Positions 9,598 to 18,657 of a stretch of DNA of 29,561 bases are shown here, in pieces. The position numbers were made by a program, and so were the translations under genes. Each line of letters opens with the position of its first letter. Positions within the stretch are counted from its first letter, which is position 1. The notes under the pieces were generated by a model that saw only the letters and a list, made by a program, of their open reading frames with translations, had not been told where the DNA came from and made no database searches. The stretch is from a virus (lineage: Duplodnaviria; Caudoviricetes): IMG/VR virus record IMGVR_UViG_3300030372_005756, positions 1 through 29,561 of that record. One strand, given 5' to 3'.

Positions 9598-10527
9598 TTA
9601 AGCCACGCAATTTTTAACTAGATAAGCCGCTTTTACATTAGAAAGGAATAGATCATAGTTGTCTTCAACTAGAACGCAGAAAGATCCCGGAGGATTGCTT
9701 TGTGCATATTTGTAAACTCTTCTTGGAGCTGATTGTTGAATTCTATAACCTAGAGAAACCTGATATGGGTTTGCTCTTTCAGGTACTACAGCGAAAATGG
9801 TATTTTTACCAAAGCATGGCTCAAGGTCGGAAGACTGACCTTCTGCCGCGCTCTCATACATAGCGTCTGAACGAATGATTTTCTTAACACCTAGAGCTAC
9901 CGCGAGTTCATCGTTGTTAAGGCCACCAGTTTGGTTATACTTATACCCTAGCGCGTCTAAAAGTTTAGAAGAAAACCTAAGTTTATTCCAAACTTGCCAA
10001 GACATGATAGCAACGTTAGGCGCCATACCACAGCCGTCCATTACAGTCTGTCTAGCTGTAGCAGAGTCACCAATAGGATCAGAATTTGAAAAGTCGGACC
10101 ATTGTGCAGTCCCCGTCAATGTAGTGTTCTGCGTTAAAGTTGCGGTATCTCCAAGGACGTCTCCAAGTGTTTTTTCTTTTTCTAAAATTAGTTGAGAAGT
10201 TAGTCCGACAACTTCATCCCGCATTGCGTCGTATGGTTGATCCGCGTTTGCAATATCGGATGCGGTGACAAGTGATTCTAAACCATGCCCTTCAATTTGG
10301 TATGTGCTTTGCTCTCTAACAATAGGGTTAACTCTTCTATAAGCACCTTTACCACCTGAAAAGTTTGTTTCGATTCTTAAATGATTAGTGCCATACTTGG
10401 CCAATTTACCAGACCATTGTTTTACTCTAACTTCTGGCAAAATACTTTCACATGCAAAACCTTCGGGAATATACGCTGAACTAGCCTGAGTTAAAAGTTT
10501 GTCTACCGTCGCTTTATACTGACTCAT
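9598..10527 (-). CDS. Major capsid protein (HK97 fold)
   Basis: 309 aa. QWSDFSNSDPIGD and G.APNVAIMS..VWNKLR are capsid E-like motifs. AGGAG RBS and a downstream terminator. Confidence 0.9.
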   Translation of the reverse strand: MSQYKATVDKLLTQASSAYIPEGFACESILPEVRVKQWSGKLAKYGTNHLRIETNFSGGKGAYRRVNPIVREQSTYQIEGHGLESLVTASDIANADQPYDAMRDEVVGLTSQLILEKEKTLGDVLGDTATLTQNTTLTGTAQWSDFSNSDPIGDSATARQTVMDGCGMAPNVAIMSWQVWNKLRFSSKLLDALGYKYNQTGGLNNDELAVALGVKKIIRSDAMYESAAEGQSSDLEPCFGKNTIFAVVPERANPYQVSLGYRIQQSAPRRVYKYAQSNPPGSFCVLVEDNYDLFLSNVKAAYLVKNCVA

Positions 10528-10569
10528 TTTAAAAACTCCTTTTTATTTCTTTTAAAATTAAAAAAATTA

Positions 10570-10953
10570 TTAAGCATCCGATTGAGTAGCTTGGAACGCA
10601 CAAATTCTCACTCCGATAATATCATCCGAAACGCCCGCATTCATGGCAATGGCAAAAACGAATTCATGTTGCGCGTCTGCTATCTCACCTTTCCCGACTC
10701 CCGTTGAAGTTAGAAAGTTAGACTGTGCTACTGTTTCGCCTACTTGTAGTTTACCGCCACCACCGGCCATTGCAACATCACAAAACTCTCCGCTAGAAAC
10801 TGAAGCGTCGCCTTGATGAATCCCGATTGCTTTTCCGTTAGCGGTACATTCAACTACAGTGCCATCCGCGGAAAGTTTAACCGCTCTATAGGCACGAATA
10901 GTCCCACCTGCTTTAAAAGTTGTAATGTTTACTGGTTGAGTTGCTACTGCCAT
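10570..10953 (-). CDS. Head decoration / capsid cement protein (DUF2190-like)
   Basis: 127 aa, G/A-rich, between scaffold and capsid genes. Confidence 0.75.
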   Translation of the reverse strand: MAVATQPVNITTFKAGGTIRAYRAVKLSADGTVVECTANGKAIGIHQGDASVSSGEFCDVAMAGGGGKLQVGETVAQSNFLTSTGVGKGEIADAQHEFVFAIAMNAGVSDDIIGVRICAFQATQSDA

Positions 10954-10988
10954 TTTCTTAACTCCTTTTTAAAAATAATTTTTTAAAA

Positions 10989-12587
10989 TTATAAATACAG
11001 TTTTGATTCTTCGCTGTGTTTCTTTAACTCGCTACTTATAGCTAAGTCTAAAGAAATATTTTCATCTTTAGCTCTTTTTTCGGCTAACTCGATGATCTTG
11101 TCTTCAAAATTTTCTTTGGTTAGTTTTGTTTCTTTAGGCACTACATTGTTACCAGACTCGGAGAGTTTAATCTCAGTCTGTAGAGAAAGAAACTTTTCCA
11201 TATCACTATCAATAAAAGACTGTCTTTGAGCTTCGACTACGACACCTTCTGAAAGTTTTTTATCAAAAGCTTGGTTCTTTTCCATTAGGGCTTTTTCTTT
11301 TTTCATTTCAGAAAGTTTTTTCTCTTCTTCCAACATTTTTTCTTCTAACTCTTTTCTCATAGAAATCAATTCTTCATCTTTTTTTAGAAGATCGTCTTTA
11401 AGGTCTTTAATCATCCTCATGGCGTCTTCTAAAGATAGTTCTTCTTGCATTTTCTTTTCTTCTTCTAATTCTTTCGCGTCTCCGTACATTAAATTATCCT
11501 TGTTAGGGTTTATAATTCTTTCTTCACTTAGAACTATTGGTTCCATTGATTTTACTACAGGTCTATTTGTTAAACCCGCACCGAAAAGAGTAGGTCCATA
11601 ATTTTTAAGTGTTTCATTATCTTTATAGGCAAAAGAAAAATCGGCACTGATATATTTAAAGGCTTTATTATCTAAACGAGATTTACCTGTAGGTGTCCAC
11701 TCAACATTGGCCCACAATTCTTTTTTATCTTCACTTAGCACTAGCTCTTTTATCCAACCCGCGGCCTCGCCTTCACTATTATGAGAAAAATCGATCATTA
11801 GATCTATACCTCTCACTTTTTCCGAAAAGTTTTTAACCATGTTTAACAAGTCTTTTTCACTAACTTCTATTTCTTGGCCATCGTGAAAGAATTTTCCGGC
11901 CCTTAAAATTTGTATTTTTTCAGGCGCGGCTTTTTCACTAAAATTGATAACAAAAGGTGAGGTTCTAAATTCTGACATTTTATCTTTCCTTTTTAAAGAC
12001 GCATAAATAAGTATAACACCACGCCCCGGAATTTCAAAAGAGCTAAAACTATCTTTATCAAATAAATCTGGGTTCTTTTGCCTAAAATAATAAGATCCTT
12101 TCTTTTCGTCTACCTTATAAAAAACACCGCCTGACTCTTTTAATTTCTGCTTAGCTTTTTCTAGAGTCATATTAGGGGTTTTTTTAACTATTATTGTTTG
12201 AATTATTTTTTCTGATAACTTCTTTTCATCCGCTTTTTTTATTTGTCTTAAAACTTTGTTAGCCCATACTTGGCCACTATCACCCCCCCATAAAAGCCAC
12301 GAGATATAAGACGCGCTATAGGGTTCTTTTTTTATATGATTTTTCTTGTAGGTTTCATGCCTATTAAAGAAGTTAACCATTTTCTTTATTACTTCAGGGC
12401 TTATTTTAGACCTATTTTTTAAGCTTGTGGCCCTAGCTACACCGCTACCTATTTTTAAATCGCCCGCTTCCTTTGTAGTTAAGCCACCTTTTCCAGTTTT
12501 TTTTCGTAACCTTAAACCTAAATCTGCGTTTTTCGAAACTGTTATAGGTGGTACAAAATTAATGTTTTTGTATTTCTCTAAAGACAT
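10989..12587 (-). CDS. Prohead protease-scaffold (Mu I-like) with two extra N-terminal domains
   Basis: IDFSH..AAGWI..LWANVEWT..KYISADF..GAGLTNRP protease motifs and a C-terminal coiled coil. ATG 12587, 1 nt after the upstream stop, is preferred over GTG 12614. Confidence 0.85.
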   Translation of the reverse strand: MSLEKYKNINFVPPITVSKNADLGLRLRKKTGKGGLTTKEAGDLKIGSGVARATSLKNRSKISPEVIKKMVNFFNRHETYKKNHIKKEPYSASYISWLLWGGDSGQVWANKVLRQIKKADEKKLSEKIIQTIIVKKTPNMTLEKAKQKLKESGGVFYKVDEKKGSYYFRQKNPDLFDKDSFSSFEIPGRGVILIYASLKRKDKMSEFRTSPFVINFSEKAAPEKIQILRAGKFFHDGQEIEVSEKDLLNMVKNFSEKVRGIDLMIDFSHNSEGEAAGWIKELVLSEDKKELWANVEWTPTGKSRLDNKAFKYISADFSFAYKDNETLKNYGPTLFGAGLTNRPVVKSMEPIVLSEERIINPNKDNLMYGDAKELEEEKKMQEELSLEDAMRMIKDLKDDLLKKDEELISMRKELEEKMLEEEKKLSEMKKEKALMEKNQAFDKKLSEGVVVEAQRQSFIDSDMEKFLSLQTEIKLSESGNNVVPKETKLTKENFEDKIIELAEKRAKDENISLDLAISSELKKHSEESKLYL

Positions 12588-12588
12588 A

Positions 12589-13533
12589 CTAAAATCCTGT
12601 AAAGGTGGTTTCACTCATTAAGATAAAGTGTTTTAGCTTTTCCCCAAATTGTAGAAACTTCTCATTTTCTTTTTTAATTCTTAGCTTTTTTATTTTTCTA
12701 CCTTTAAGATCACCGACTAAGATAGGTAATATTACACTTCTACAATTCCAGTGTAGCGGTGGAGTAAATTTAAAAAATTCTGGATCATCTTTAGCAAAAA
12801 TAGTCCCGTTAAGTTCTTCACAGATAGGCGTCCTATCAATCGGGAAATTGTTAACAAATTCGAACGCCTCTATTTCTTTATCTACTTCAGGATCAGTAAA
12901 AAAAGAACTTCTAGCTTCGCCTATAGTTTGTGCTGCACTCAAGGGGGCGCCCGCATTCACAGAAGGTCCAGTAATAAAGTCTTCTGCATTTTCCTGCATA
13001 GCTTTTTTAACTTCATTTATTTTTCTTTGTTGGCCTACAGAAGTTGTATATTGAAAATAAATGGCCTTCTCTAAATCTGATAACTGAGTTTTTACCAAAA
13101 GTTCTTGTTGCGTTTTTATACGCCTTCTAACTTTAGCGGGTAATTTACTCCACATGGTTTCGACTTTCTTTTTTGTCTTCTTTATTTTTTTTGTGGCTTT
13201 TTTTACATTTTTACTTTCAACAAATTGAACACTGTAAATTTCATTTTCAGATAATTCAAATTTAGCTTTTGGTACTTCTTTTTTTGTAATTCTTAAGGTC
13301 TCATATGCAATTATAGTAAAGACGTCTAATAAATCGTCTTTATATTCATCAAGACCCGACGCTTTAATTCCTTTAATCGCGTCGAGTTTTGTAGCATTAC
13401 TTAGGCCTGACTCCTTGGCCACTACTTTATTTATAATCGTGTCAGCTACAAAACTCAAATTACTTTGCATTACATCTAAAACGGCTTTTTCACTATCTCT
13501 TAGTAAAGTGTCTAGCTCTCTTCTTATGGCCAT
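12589..13533 (-). CDS. Head morphogenesis protein (Mu F / SPP1 gp7 family)
   Basis: DRTPICEELNG and PPLHWNCRS motifs; follows the portal. Confidence 0.88.
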   Translation of the reverse strand: MAIRRELDTLLRDSEKAVLDVMQSNLSFVADTIINKVVAKESGLSNATKLDAIKGIKASGLDEYKDDLLDVFTIIAYETLRITKKEVPKAKFELSENEIYSVQFVESKNVKKATKKIKKTKKKVETMWSKLPAKVRRRIKTQQELLVKTQLSDLEKAIYFQYTTSVGQQRKINEVKKAMQENAEDFITGPSVNAGAPLSAAQTIGEARSSFFTDPEVDKEIEAFEFVNNFPIDRTPICEELNGTIFAKDDPEFFKFTPPLHWNCRSVILPILVGDLKGRKIKKLRIKKENEKFLQFGEKLKHFILMSETTFTGF

Positions 13534-14912
13534 TAGTACCTTCTTTTAGTCCTTCTTAATGCTTCAAACTTTTCAGACAAAGTCATATCAATAGTAGGCG
13601 CGGCTTTAATTCTTTGGCCGTCTTCACTCATTTCTGTTATTCCCAATCTCTTTCTTAAATGTTTTTCTAGCTTATCGTCGGGCGTTAGTATTTGAGCACT
13701 AGTTAAAACGGTCAAAATATCCGCTAGCTCTTTACCCGCTTTATCACTAATTCCACTAAACTTTAATTTAGGATATTTATCTCTAGGCCCAAAATTCATT
13801 TTAATTAATTCAGGAATTAAATTCTTATTAATTTGTTCAGCTATTTCATCCGCTAAAAATTGTAGGCCTGTTAAAAAGAAGTCAGATAAATCATTAGATA
13901 AAGAGTAGGCGCCTGTACCTGACATTCCTAGCTCTAAAAAGTTGGCCAAAAAGGCTTTAACCATTCTTTTGTCTTCATTTTCTATAGAAGTTTCAACTTT
14001 AGAAGGATCGTAGGTGTTAGTTTTTAAATCAATATCAAAGCCTTCTGGTTTAATTAAATAATTGCTTTGATGGGTAGTGTATTTTTCTAAAGCTGTAATT
14101 AATTTACTGTACTGCGTTGACGCTTGCCTACCCTGAGGAATTGTAGCTATCGGTGTAGGTACTGCAAATTTTTCAATGCCTATAGCGTTTATTTTATTAA
14201 AGTTATTTTTCCGCCACCAATTACCATAGCATGGCCTCAAAGCACTGATCCCCTCATAGTTTGACCCCTCTCTATTTAAAGTAAAGAGTAATAAATATTT
14301 TGCGGGGATTGTAACTTGTCTACCTACTTCGCCAAAGGCCAACTGGTCAACGCTTAATAAGTCGCCTGTTTCATGATCTAAATTCCATCTTTCAATAGTT
14401 TTAGGACTTCGAAACCCTATATTTTTAATCCCTGTATAGCTATCTAAAACCTTGTTGCCTTCATTGTCGTAGATCGGTTGGTTTATAAAGTTTTTATGAG
14501 TGACTTCAAACATAGAGTAACCAAACTCTACCATGGTTAAAGCTTCACTTAGAAACCTACTAAAAGGTGTGGCCATACTATCGAATAAAATCTTTTCAAT
14601 TAACCTAGCGTCGTTCTCATAAAAAAAATCGTCGCCCGCACTAACAATTTCAGCACTAGCACTTTTAATAGGATTTTTTACAGCACTAAGACACATCATT
14701 ACTTGAGGATCAGACCTTCTCATTTTATCGAAGACATCCGCCCTTTCATTGTTTCGCAACGCGTCCAGGTACTCTTCTTCAAAATAACCACCATAATTTT
14801 CCGTACCTGTAGAACCAATAGGGCTTTCATGAAAATTAGGAAGCTCTTTATTTTCTTCTGACTCTAATTTGTCTTCTGCTTTTTTAGTAAAAATATTGTC
14901 AAAAAAACCCAT
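13533..14912 (-). CDS. Portal protein (Mu gp29 / DUF935-like)
   Basis: 459 aa after terL. FGYSMFEV, GISALRPCY..W..K and EKFAVPTP motifs. Confidence 0.88.
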   Translation of the reverse strand: MGFFDNIFTKKAEDKLESEENKELPNFHESPIGSTGTENYGGYFEEEYLDALRNNERADVFDKMRRSDPQVMMCLSAVKNPIKSASAEIVSAGDDFFYENDARLIEKILFDSMATPFSRFLSEALTMVEFGYSMFEVTHKNFINQPIYDNEGNKVLDSYTGIKNIGFRSPKTIERWNLDHETGDLLSVDQLAFGEVGRQVTIPAKYLLLFTLNREGSNYEGISALRPCYGNWWRKNNFNKINAIGIEKFAVPTPIATIPQGRQASTQYSKLITALEKYTTHQSNYLIKPEGFDIDLKTNTYDPSKVETSIENEDKRMVKAFLANFLELGMSGTGAYSLSNDLSDFFLTGLQFLADEIAEQINKNLIPELIKMNFGPRDKYPKLKFSGISDKAGKELADILTVLTSAQILTPDDKLEKHLRKRLGITEMSEDGQRIKAAPTIDMTLSEKFEALRRTKRRY

Positions 14913-14916
14913 ATAC

Positions 14917-16314
14917 TCACCAATTAGTTAAATGACTTGTTGTTGTTATATCATTAGGTACAAATTCGTCGGTAAATTCATCTACTCTTTTAAAGGCTAA
15001 GTAATTAAACGCTCCACTTAAAGCGTCAATTATATCATCATGTTTTACTTGAGGGAAATTTTCAGTTTCAAAATAAAAGTCTTCTTTGTTTCTACAGCTT
15101 TTTAAAATTTTTATATTGCCCGCTTCACTCTGCGCACTAACACTTTTACAAGCTGTAATTTTATCAGTAGTAATTTTTTCGTAAACCACAATAAATCCCG
15201 ATAACATTCTAATAAAATTTTCAATTTCATTTTTACCTGCACCCCCGGGATCTTGAAACCCCTTTACTACGCAATTAACACCGTCTTGTTTAGCTGTGTT
15301 TAAAATAAGTTTCTCGACTTTTAAAGCCGAAACTCTTTCTCTTATTATATCTAAAATGTAAAAAATTCCATCCTCATCTACACCTAGCTTTAAACCTACA
15401 GTGTAGTCAGGGTCACCTTTATCGCCTTCCTTAAATTCGGTGGCGGCTCGGTCCCAACATCTAACTATAGAAACTAGTTTAGGCGCTGCATTAACTTCTG
15501 TAAAGTAATGTTTCTTAAAAAATATTCCCGCAGCTTCTTCAACATTCCAATTTCCATCTAGCAATTGCATTCTTTCAAATTTACTTAGCGCCTGTAAATT
15601 TGCTAAATAGGTCGGGTCTTGTTTCATTAAAATTTTGTTGTCGTTTAAGTTGGCCGGAATAAAAGTAAAACTTTTTGGAATACTTGCAGAGTACTCTTTT
15701 TTTAAACTATTGGAACATTCACTCCAAATAAGTTTATCGTCAACTCTAATAAAATATCGCTTAATTCCAGATTTTTGTAAATCTGGTTTACCGTTAGGTA
15801 ATAAGTACCAATCAACTAACTTTCTAACCCAACTTTTACTAGAGGGGTTAGTTGTCGCTCTAATATAAGGCTTAACGGATGATATAGATCGGTTTCTTGA
15901 TAACATATACCAAAATTGTTTTTCTGTGAAATGGGTTAACTCATCGAAATAGATAATAGGAATTTGTGAGCCTTGCCAATCTAAAACATTCTTCTCATAC
16001 TCCAAATGGCCAAACTTTAATTTACAGCCCGCGGGGAATTTCCAAGTTAAAACACTCTCTTTTGGTTCTGCACCTAATAACCCATATATCTTTTTTGAAG
16101 TGTCCCATAAACCCCCTTCATTCCTAACTTGTGGACTAGTCCTTCTAAAACAAACCGCTCCCGCGTCTTTATTATTGAAGTGTCTTAGGAAGTCTAATAA
16201 AAGAGAAAAGGTTTTCCCCCCACCTGCGCTTCCACCATAGATGCAAATATCGGAATCATTTTTTAAAAACATTTCTTGTGGCCCTTCTTGAGGGCCTAAG
16301 ATTAATTCATTCAT
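14917..16314 (-). CDS. terL: Terminase large subunit
   Basis: Walker A GGSAGGGKT, Walker B YFDELTHF, ATTNP, and nuclease motifs WDRAAT and HDDIIDA. Confidence 0.95.
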   Translation of the reverse strand: MNELILGPQEGPQEMFLKNDSDICIYGGSAGGGKTFSLLLDFLRHFNNKDAGAVCFRRTSPQVRNEGGLWDTSKKIYGLLGAEPKESVLTWKFPAGCKLKFGHLEYEKNVLDWQGSQIPIIYFDELTHFTEKQFWYMLSRNRSISSVKPYIRATTNPSSKSWVRKLVDWYLLPNGKPDLQKSGIKRYFIRVDDKLIWSECSNSLKKEYSASIPKSFTFIPANLNDNKILMKQDPTYLANLQALSKFERMQLLDGNWNVEEAAGIFFKKHYFTEVNAAPKLVSIVRCWDRAATEFKEGDKGDPDYTVGLKLGVDEDGIFYILDIIRERVSALKVEKLILNTAKQDGVNCVVKGFQDPGGAGKNEIENFIRMLSGFIVVYEKITTDKITACKSVSAQSEAGNIKILKSCRNKEDFYFETENFPQVKHDDIIDALSGAFNYLAFKRVDEFTDEFVPNDITTTSHLTNW

Positions 16315-16625
16315 TCTAATTCTAATTCCATTTCTTTTTTTGTGACGTACTCATTAAAGGACAAAACATTTTCAAAACTCTCCGGTACATCAAAATATCT
16401 ATAGTACTTTTCAAAGGTGTTTTTTTCTATAACATAAAAACCTTCTTCCGCGGGTTCCATTAAAATAATATAGTCGCCAACTTTACCGGTAGTAATATAA
16501 CCTTTTCCTTCTTTAAAAATTTTAAAATCATCTTTAACTTGTACAGCTTTTATTATTGTAGGATTTTTTTTTATATAAAATTCGAAGTTTTGATATTTTA
16601 TGTCTTCGTCAAAAATAACCCGCAT
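16311..16625 (-). CDS. Hypothetical protein, PGDYG-like phage family
   Basis: YIKKNPTIIKAVQ...GKVGDYII...FYVIEKNTFEKYY; ATGA-coupled to terL. Confidence 0.55.
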   Translation of the reverse strand: MRVIFDEDIKYQNFEFYIKKNPTIIKAVQVKDDFKIFKEGKGYITTGKVGDYIILMEPAEEGFYVIEKNTFEKYYRYFDVPESFENVLSFNEYVTKKEMELELE

Positions 16626-16997
16626 TTATTCCCTTTGGTTAGAAGGTATATTTAAAACTACATTAGCAATTTCTTTATTTTGTTCTTCTATCGGTTTGTC
16701 ACTCCATCCTAGATAAACTTTAGAGGCAAAAATTAAACAAGGCACATTCCCGTTTAATGCCATTTGAATTATTTTTTGTGCTAGTCTAATTTTCATTGGA
16801 CCCATACGCCTAGCTCTGTACTCGCTAAAGGTACAATCGTACTCTTCCTTTATCCTTCTTTCTATGGAGTCTTCAGAAATTCCGAGTATGTCAGAACAAA
16901 CTTGTTTAGGTGGTTTAAATTGTAAAATTGAATCAAACTTATCCCAATCGAATTCTACTTTTTTTCTACCTACTTTTTTCTTTTTTTTTGTAGCCAT
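16626..16997 (-). CDS. terS: Terminase small subunit
   Basis: VGRKK followed by an HTH-like segment and ALNGNVPCLIFASKVYLGWSDK; upstream of terL. Confidence 0.75.
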   Translation of the reverse strand: MATKKKKKVGRKKVEFDWDKFDSILQFKPPKQVCSDILGISEDSIERRIKEEYDCTFSEYRARRMGPMKIRLAQKIIQMALNGNVPCLIFASKVYLGWSDKPIEEQNKEIANVVLNIPSNQRE

Positions 16998-17036
16998 TAT
17001 GCGCTCCCTACTTCTTTTTTGTCGGTTTTTTACCGC

Positions 17037-17060
17037 AATAAAAGGGCCTAAGCGCCCTTT
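17037..17060 (-). terminator. Possible weak terminator after the GNAT frame
   Basis: AAAGGGC-GCTTAG-GCCCTTT followed by TATT on the minus strand. Confidence 0.45.
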
Positions 17061-17062
17061 CT

Positions 17063-17091
17063 ATAATATCAACTATAGCTACTAGACGCAA
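17063..17091 (-). promoter_or_regulatory. Putative sigma70 promoter for terS
   Basis: TTGCGT-N17-TATTAT with an extended -10 TGn. Confidence 0.5.
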
Positions 17092-17100
17092 TAAGGCCTA

Positions 17101-17559
17101 TCAATTCAAAAATTCAAAGGTAGCGGTTAGTCTTTTGTTAGGTATGGTTTTGGCCCTTGTTGCGTTTTTGCCCGGTTTATTGGCCCTACCAAAACGTTTA
17201 CACTTCCAATCTTTATTTTTATTTAAAGCACTAATAAAAGGCTTTAAGGAAGTTATTACTCTGACTCTATGGTTTTTATTATAAAGTTTGGCTATTTCAT
17301 TCATGAATTTTATACCTAAACCAAAACCTTGAAATTCAGGGACTATAACAATTCTTTGAATGTTATAGACGTCTTTTACTGTAGGGTGCGGAAATTTAGC
17401 TATATTGCAAAAGCCTACCTTTACATTGTTTATTTTTAATTCATAAAATTGGCCTGTATAAAGCGGGCTAGAGTTTAAATAATGATACTCTTTATAATAG
17501 TTCCATGTTGTTTTTTCGACTCTGTAAATATCGAATTGGAGGGCGCCCCTCCTAAAGAC
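17101..17559 (-). CDS. GNAT acetyltransferase domain (Mom-like), -1 frame continuation of the ABC ATPase
   Basis: Open frame VFRRGALQFDIYRVEKTTWNYYKEYHYLNS...QRIVIVPEFQGFGLGIKFMNE...FEFLN*. The acetyl-CoA-binding motif QGxGxG lies upstream of the first ATG (17304). Confidence 0.85.
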   Translation of the reverse strand, partial: VFRRGALQFDIYRVEKTTWNYYKEYHYLNSSPLYTGQFYELKINNVKVGFCNIAKFPHPTVKDVYNIQRIVIVPEFQGFGLGIKFMNEIAKLYNKNHRVRVITSLKPFISALNKNKDWKCKRFGRANKPGKNATRAKTIPNKRLTATFEFLN

Positions 17560-18158
17560 TTTGGGAGCGTATATTCCTTTGTGTCTGTGTTATAGATCCA
17601 ATCCGGTTCTAACCAATTGATTACATCGTGGTGACATGTAACCGCTACAAGCTTTTTGTTAAGACTTTTAAAAAGTTTTTTTACCGAATGACTCATACAC
17701 TTAGCTACATCACGGTCCACTAACGATGTAAACTCATCGTAGACAACATTTTCATTTTCTAAAGCTAGTCTAGCGAGTTCTACCCTGGTCTTCTCGCCAT
17801 TGCTTAGAACCTTAAAAGGTTTTAACCAATAGGGTACACAGTTAAAGCCTACACTACTTAAGGAATGGGTTATCTGGTCCATTGAAAATTTATCAGAAAA
17901 ATTATCTATTAATGGTTTATCATTCCAATCTAACTTAGAAAATTGGCCAAAAACATTTTTTGCAATGCTGGTTTTGCCTGTACCTGAATTTCCGACTATT
18001 AAACCGATATTCCATTTATCAGGTAAAGAGTAATTCCCTTTATAATGTTGTATAGTTTCTTTGTCCTCTAAATCATATTGACCTACTAAACTTTTACAGC
18101 GAAAAGAATTACTAAAGTCAGTCTTATAAGAGAACTCGAACTTTAAAGCCTCTATCAT
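17475..18158 (-). CDS. Stand-alone ABC-superfamily ATPase (non-transporter)
   Basis: Walker A GNSGTGKT, signature LSNGE, Walker B VVYDEFTSLVD, H-loop VTCHHD; AAGGA RBS. Confidence 0.9.
   Translation of the reverse strand: MIEALKFEFSYKTDFSNSFRCKSLVGQYDLEDKETIQHYKGNYSLPDKWNIGLIVGNSGTGKTSIAKNVFGQFSKLDWNDKPLIDNFSDKFSMDQITHSLSSVGFNCVPYWLKPFKVLSNGEKTRVELARLALENENVVYDEFTSLVDRDVAKCMSHSVKKLFKSLNKKLVAVTCHHDVINWLEPDWIYNTDTKEYTLPKSLGGAPSNSIFTESKKQHGTIIKSIII
17538..17565 (-). promoter_or_regulatory. Candidate programmed -1 ribosomal frameshift signal
   Basis: In-frame C_CCA_AAG (17565..17559), 6-nt spacer TCTTTA, hairpin GGAGGG-GCG-CCCTCC (17552..17538). Confidence 0.75.
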
Positions 18159-18657
18159 TTAATTCCTTTTGTAACTGGTTTTGCGTTTCTTCATTCAAAC
18201 AATCTACCTCTAATTTAAATTCGAAAGTGACGTTTACTTCTTTTTCATCTTTTATTTTTTCGTCTAACTCGTCTTTAAAATCGTCTTCTGTAAAGCCATA
18301 CTCTTCTAGATCATTAAAATCAAAGTCAGTCTTTAACATTTCAAAATTCCAAGTCCCCGCAACGTTTTTATTCATTCTAATTATTACGGCCTCTTCTTGT
18401 TTTGGGGTGAGTTGTCTATCCGGTACATAACAATCGACCTCTACAACGCCTTCTTTTAAAAGTTGTTGTACTCGGGCATGCCCGCTTAAAATAGTGTTAT
18501 CTAGATTTATGTTTATAGGTTGAGCAAAACCAATTTCATCAAAAGATTTTTTAAGGCTATGAAGTCCTACTTCATTTATAATTCTAGGATTTTTTTTATA
18601 AGGCTTTAAGTCCGCCACCTTTCTTTTTTCTATATGCCAAACAATTCTTTTATTCAT
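18124..18657 (-). CDS. ParB/sulfiredoxin N-terminal domain protein
   Basis: LKPYKKNPR..SFDEIGFAQPI..ILSGHARV..IIRMNK; overlaps the ATPase start by 35 nt. Confidence 0.88.
   Translation of the reverse strand: MNKRIVWHIEKRKVADLKPYKKNPRIINEVGLHSLKKSFDEIGFAQPININLDNTILSGHARVQQLLKEGVVEVDCYVPDRQLTPKQEEAVIIRMNKNVAGTWNFEMLKTDFDFNDLEEYGFTEDDFKDELDEKIKDEKEVNVTFEFKLEVDCLNEETQNQLQKELNDRGFKVRVLL

Noticed and set aside
18141-18147. T_TTA_AAG heptamer near the ATPase start
   Set aside because: A -1 slip would enter the ParB frame and stop within a few codons. No stimulator was seen and such heptamers are common in AT-rich DNA.
17101-18158. Pseudogene or ABC transporter interpretation
   Set aside because: All ATPase and GNAT motifs are intact, the single frame break coincides with a canonical slippery site and hairpin, and there is no permease gene. 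An assembly indel is not fully excluded.
897-18430. Plus-strand ORFs over the structural genes (e.g. 897, 2526, 4040, 7469, 9875, 12605, 15635, 16864, 18227)
   Set aside because: Antisense shadows of well-supported minus-strand genes, with no recognisable motifs. Only 6784..7011 was kept.
18124-18657. Plasmid partition system (phage-plasmid)
   Set aside because: No ParA or obvious parS-binding HTH. The context fits modification-associated ParB domains.
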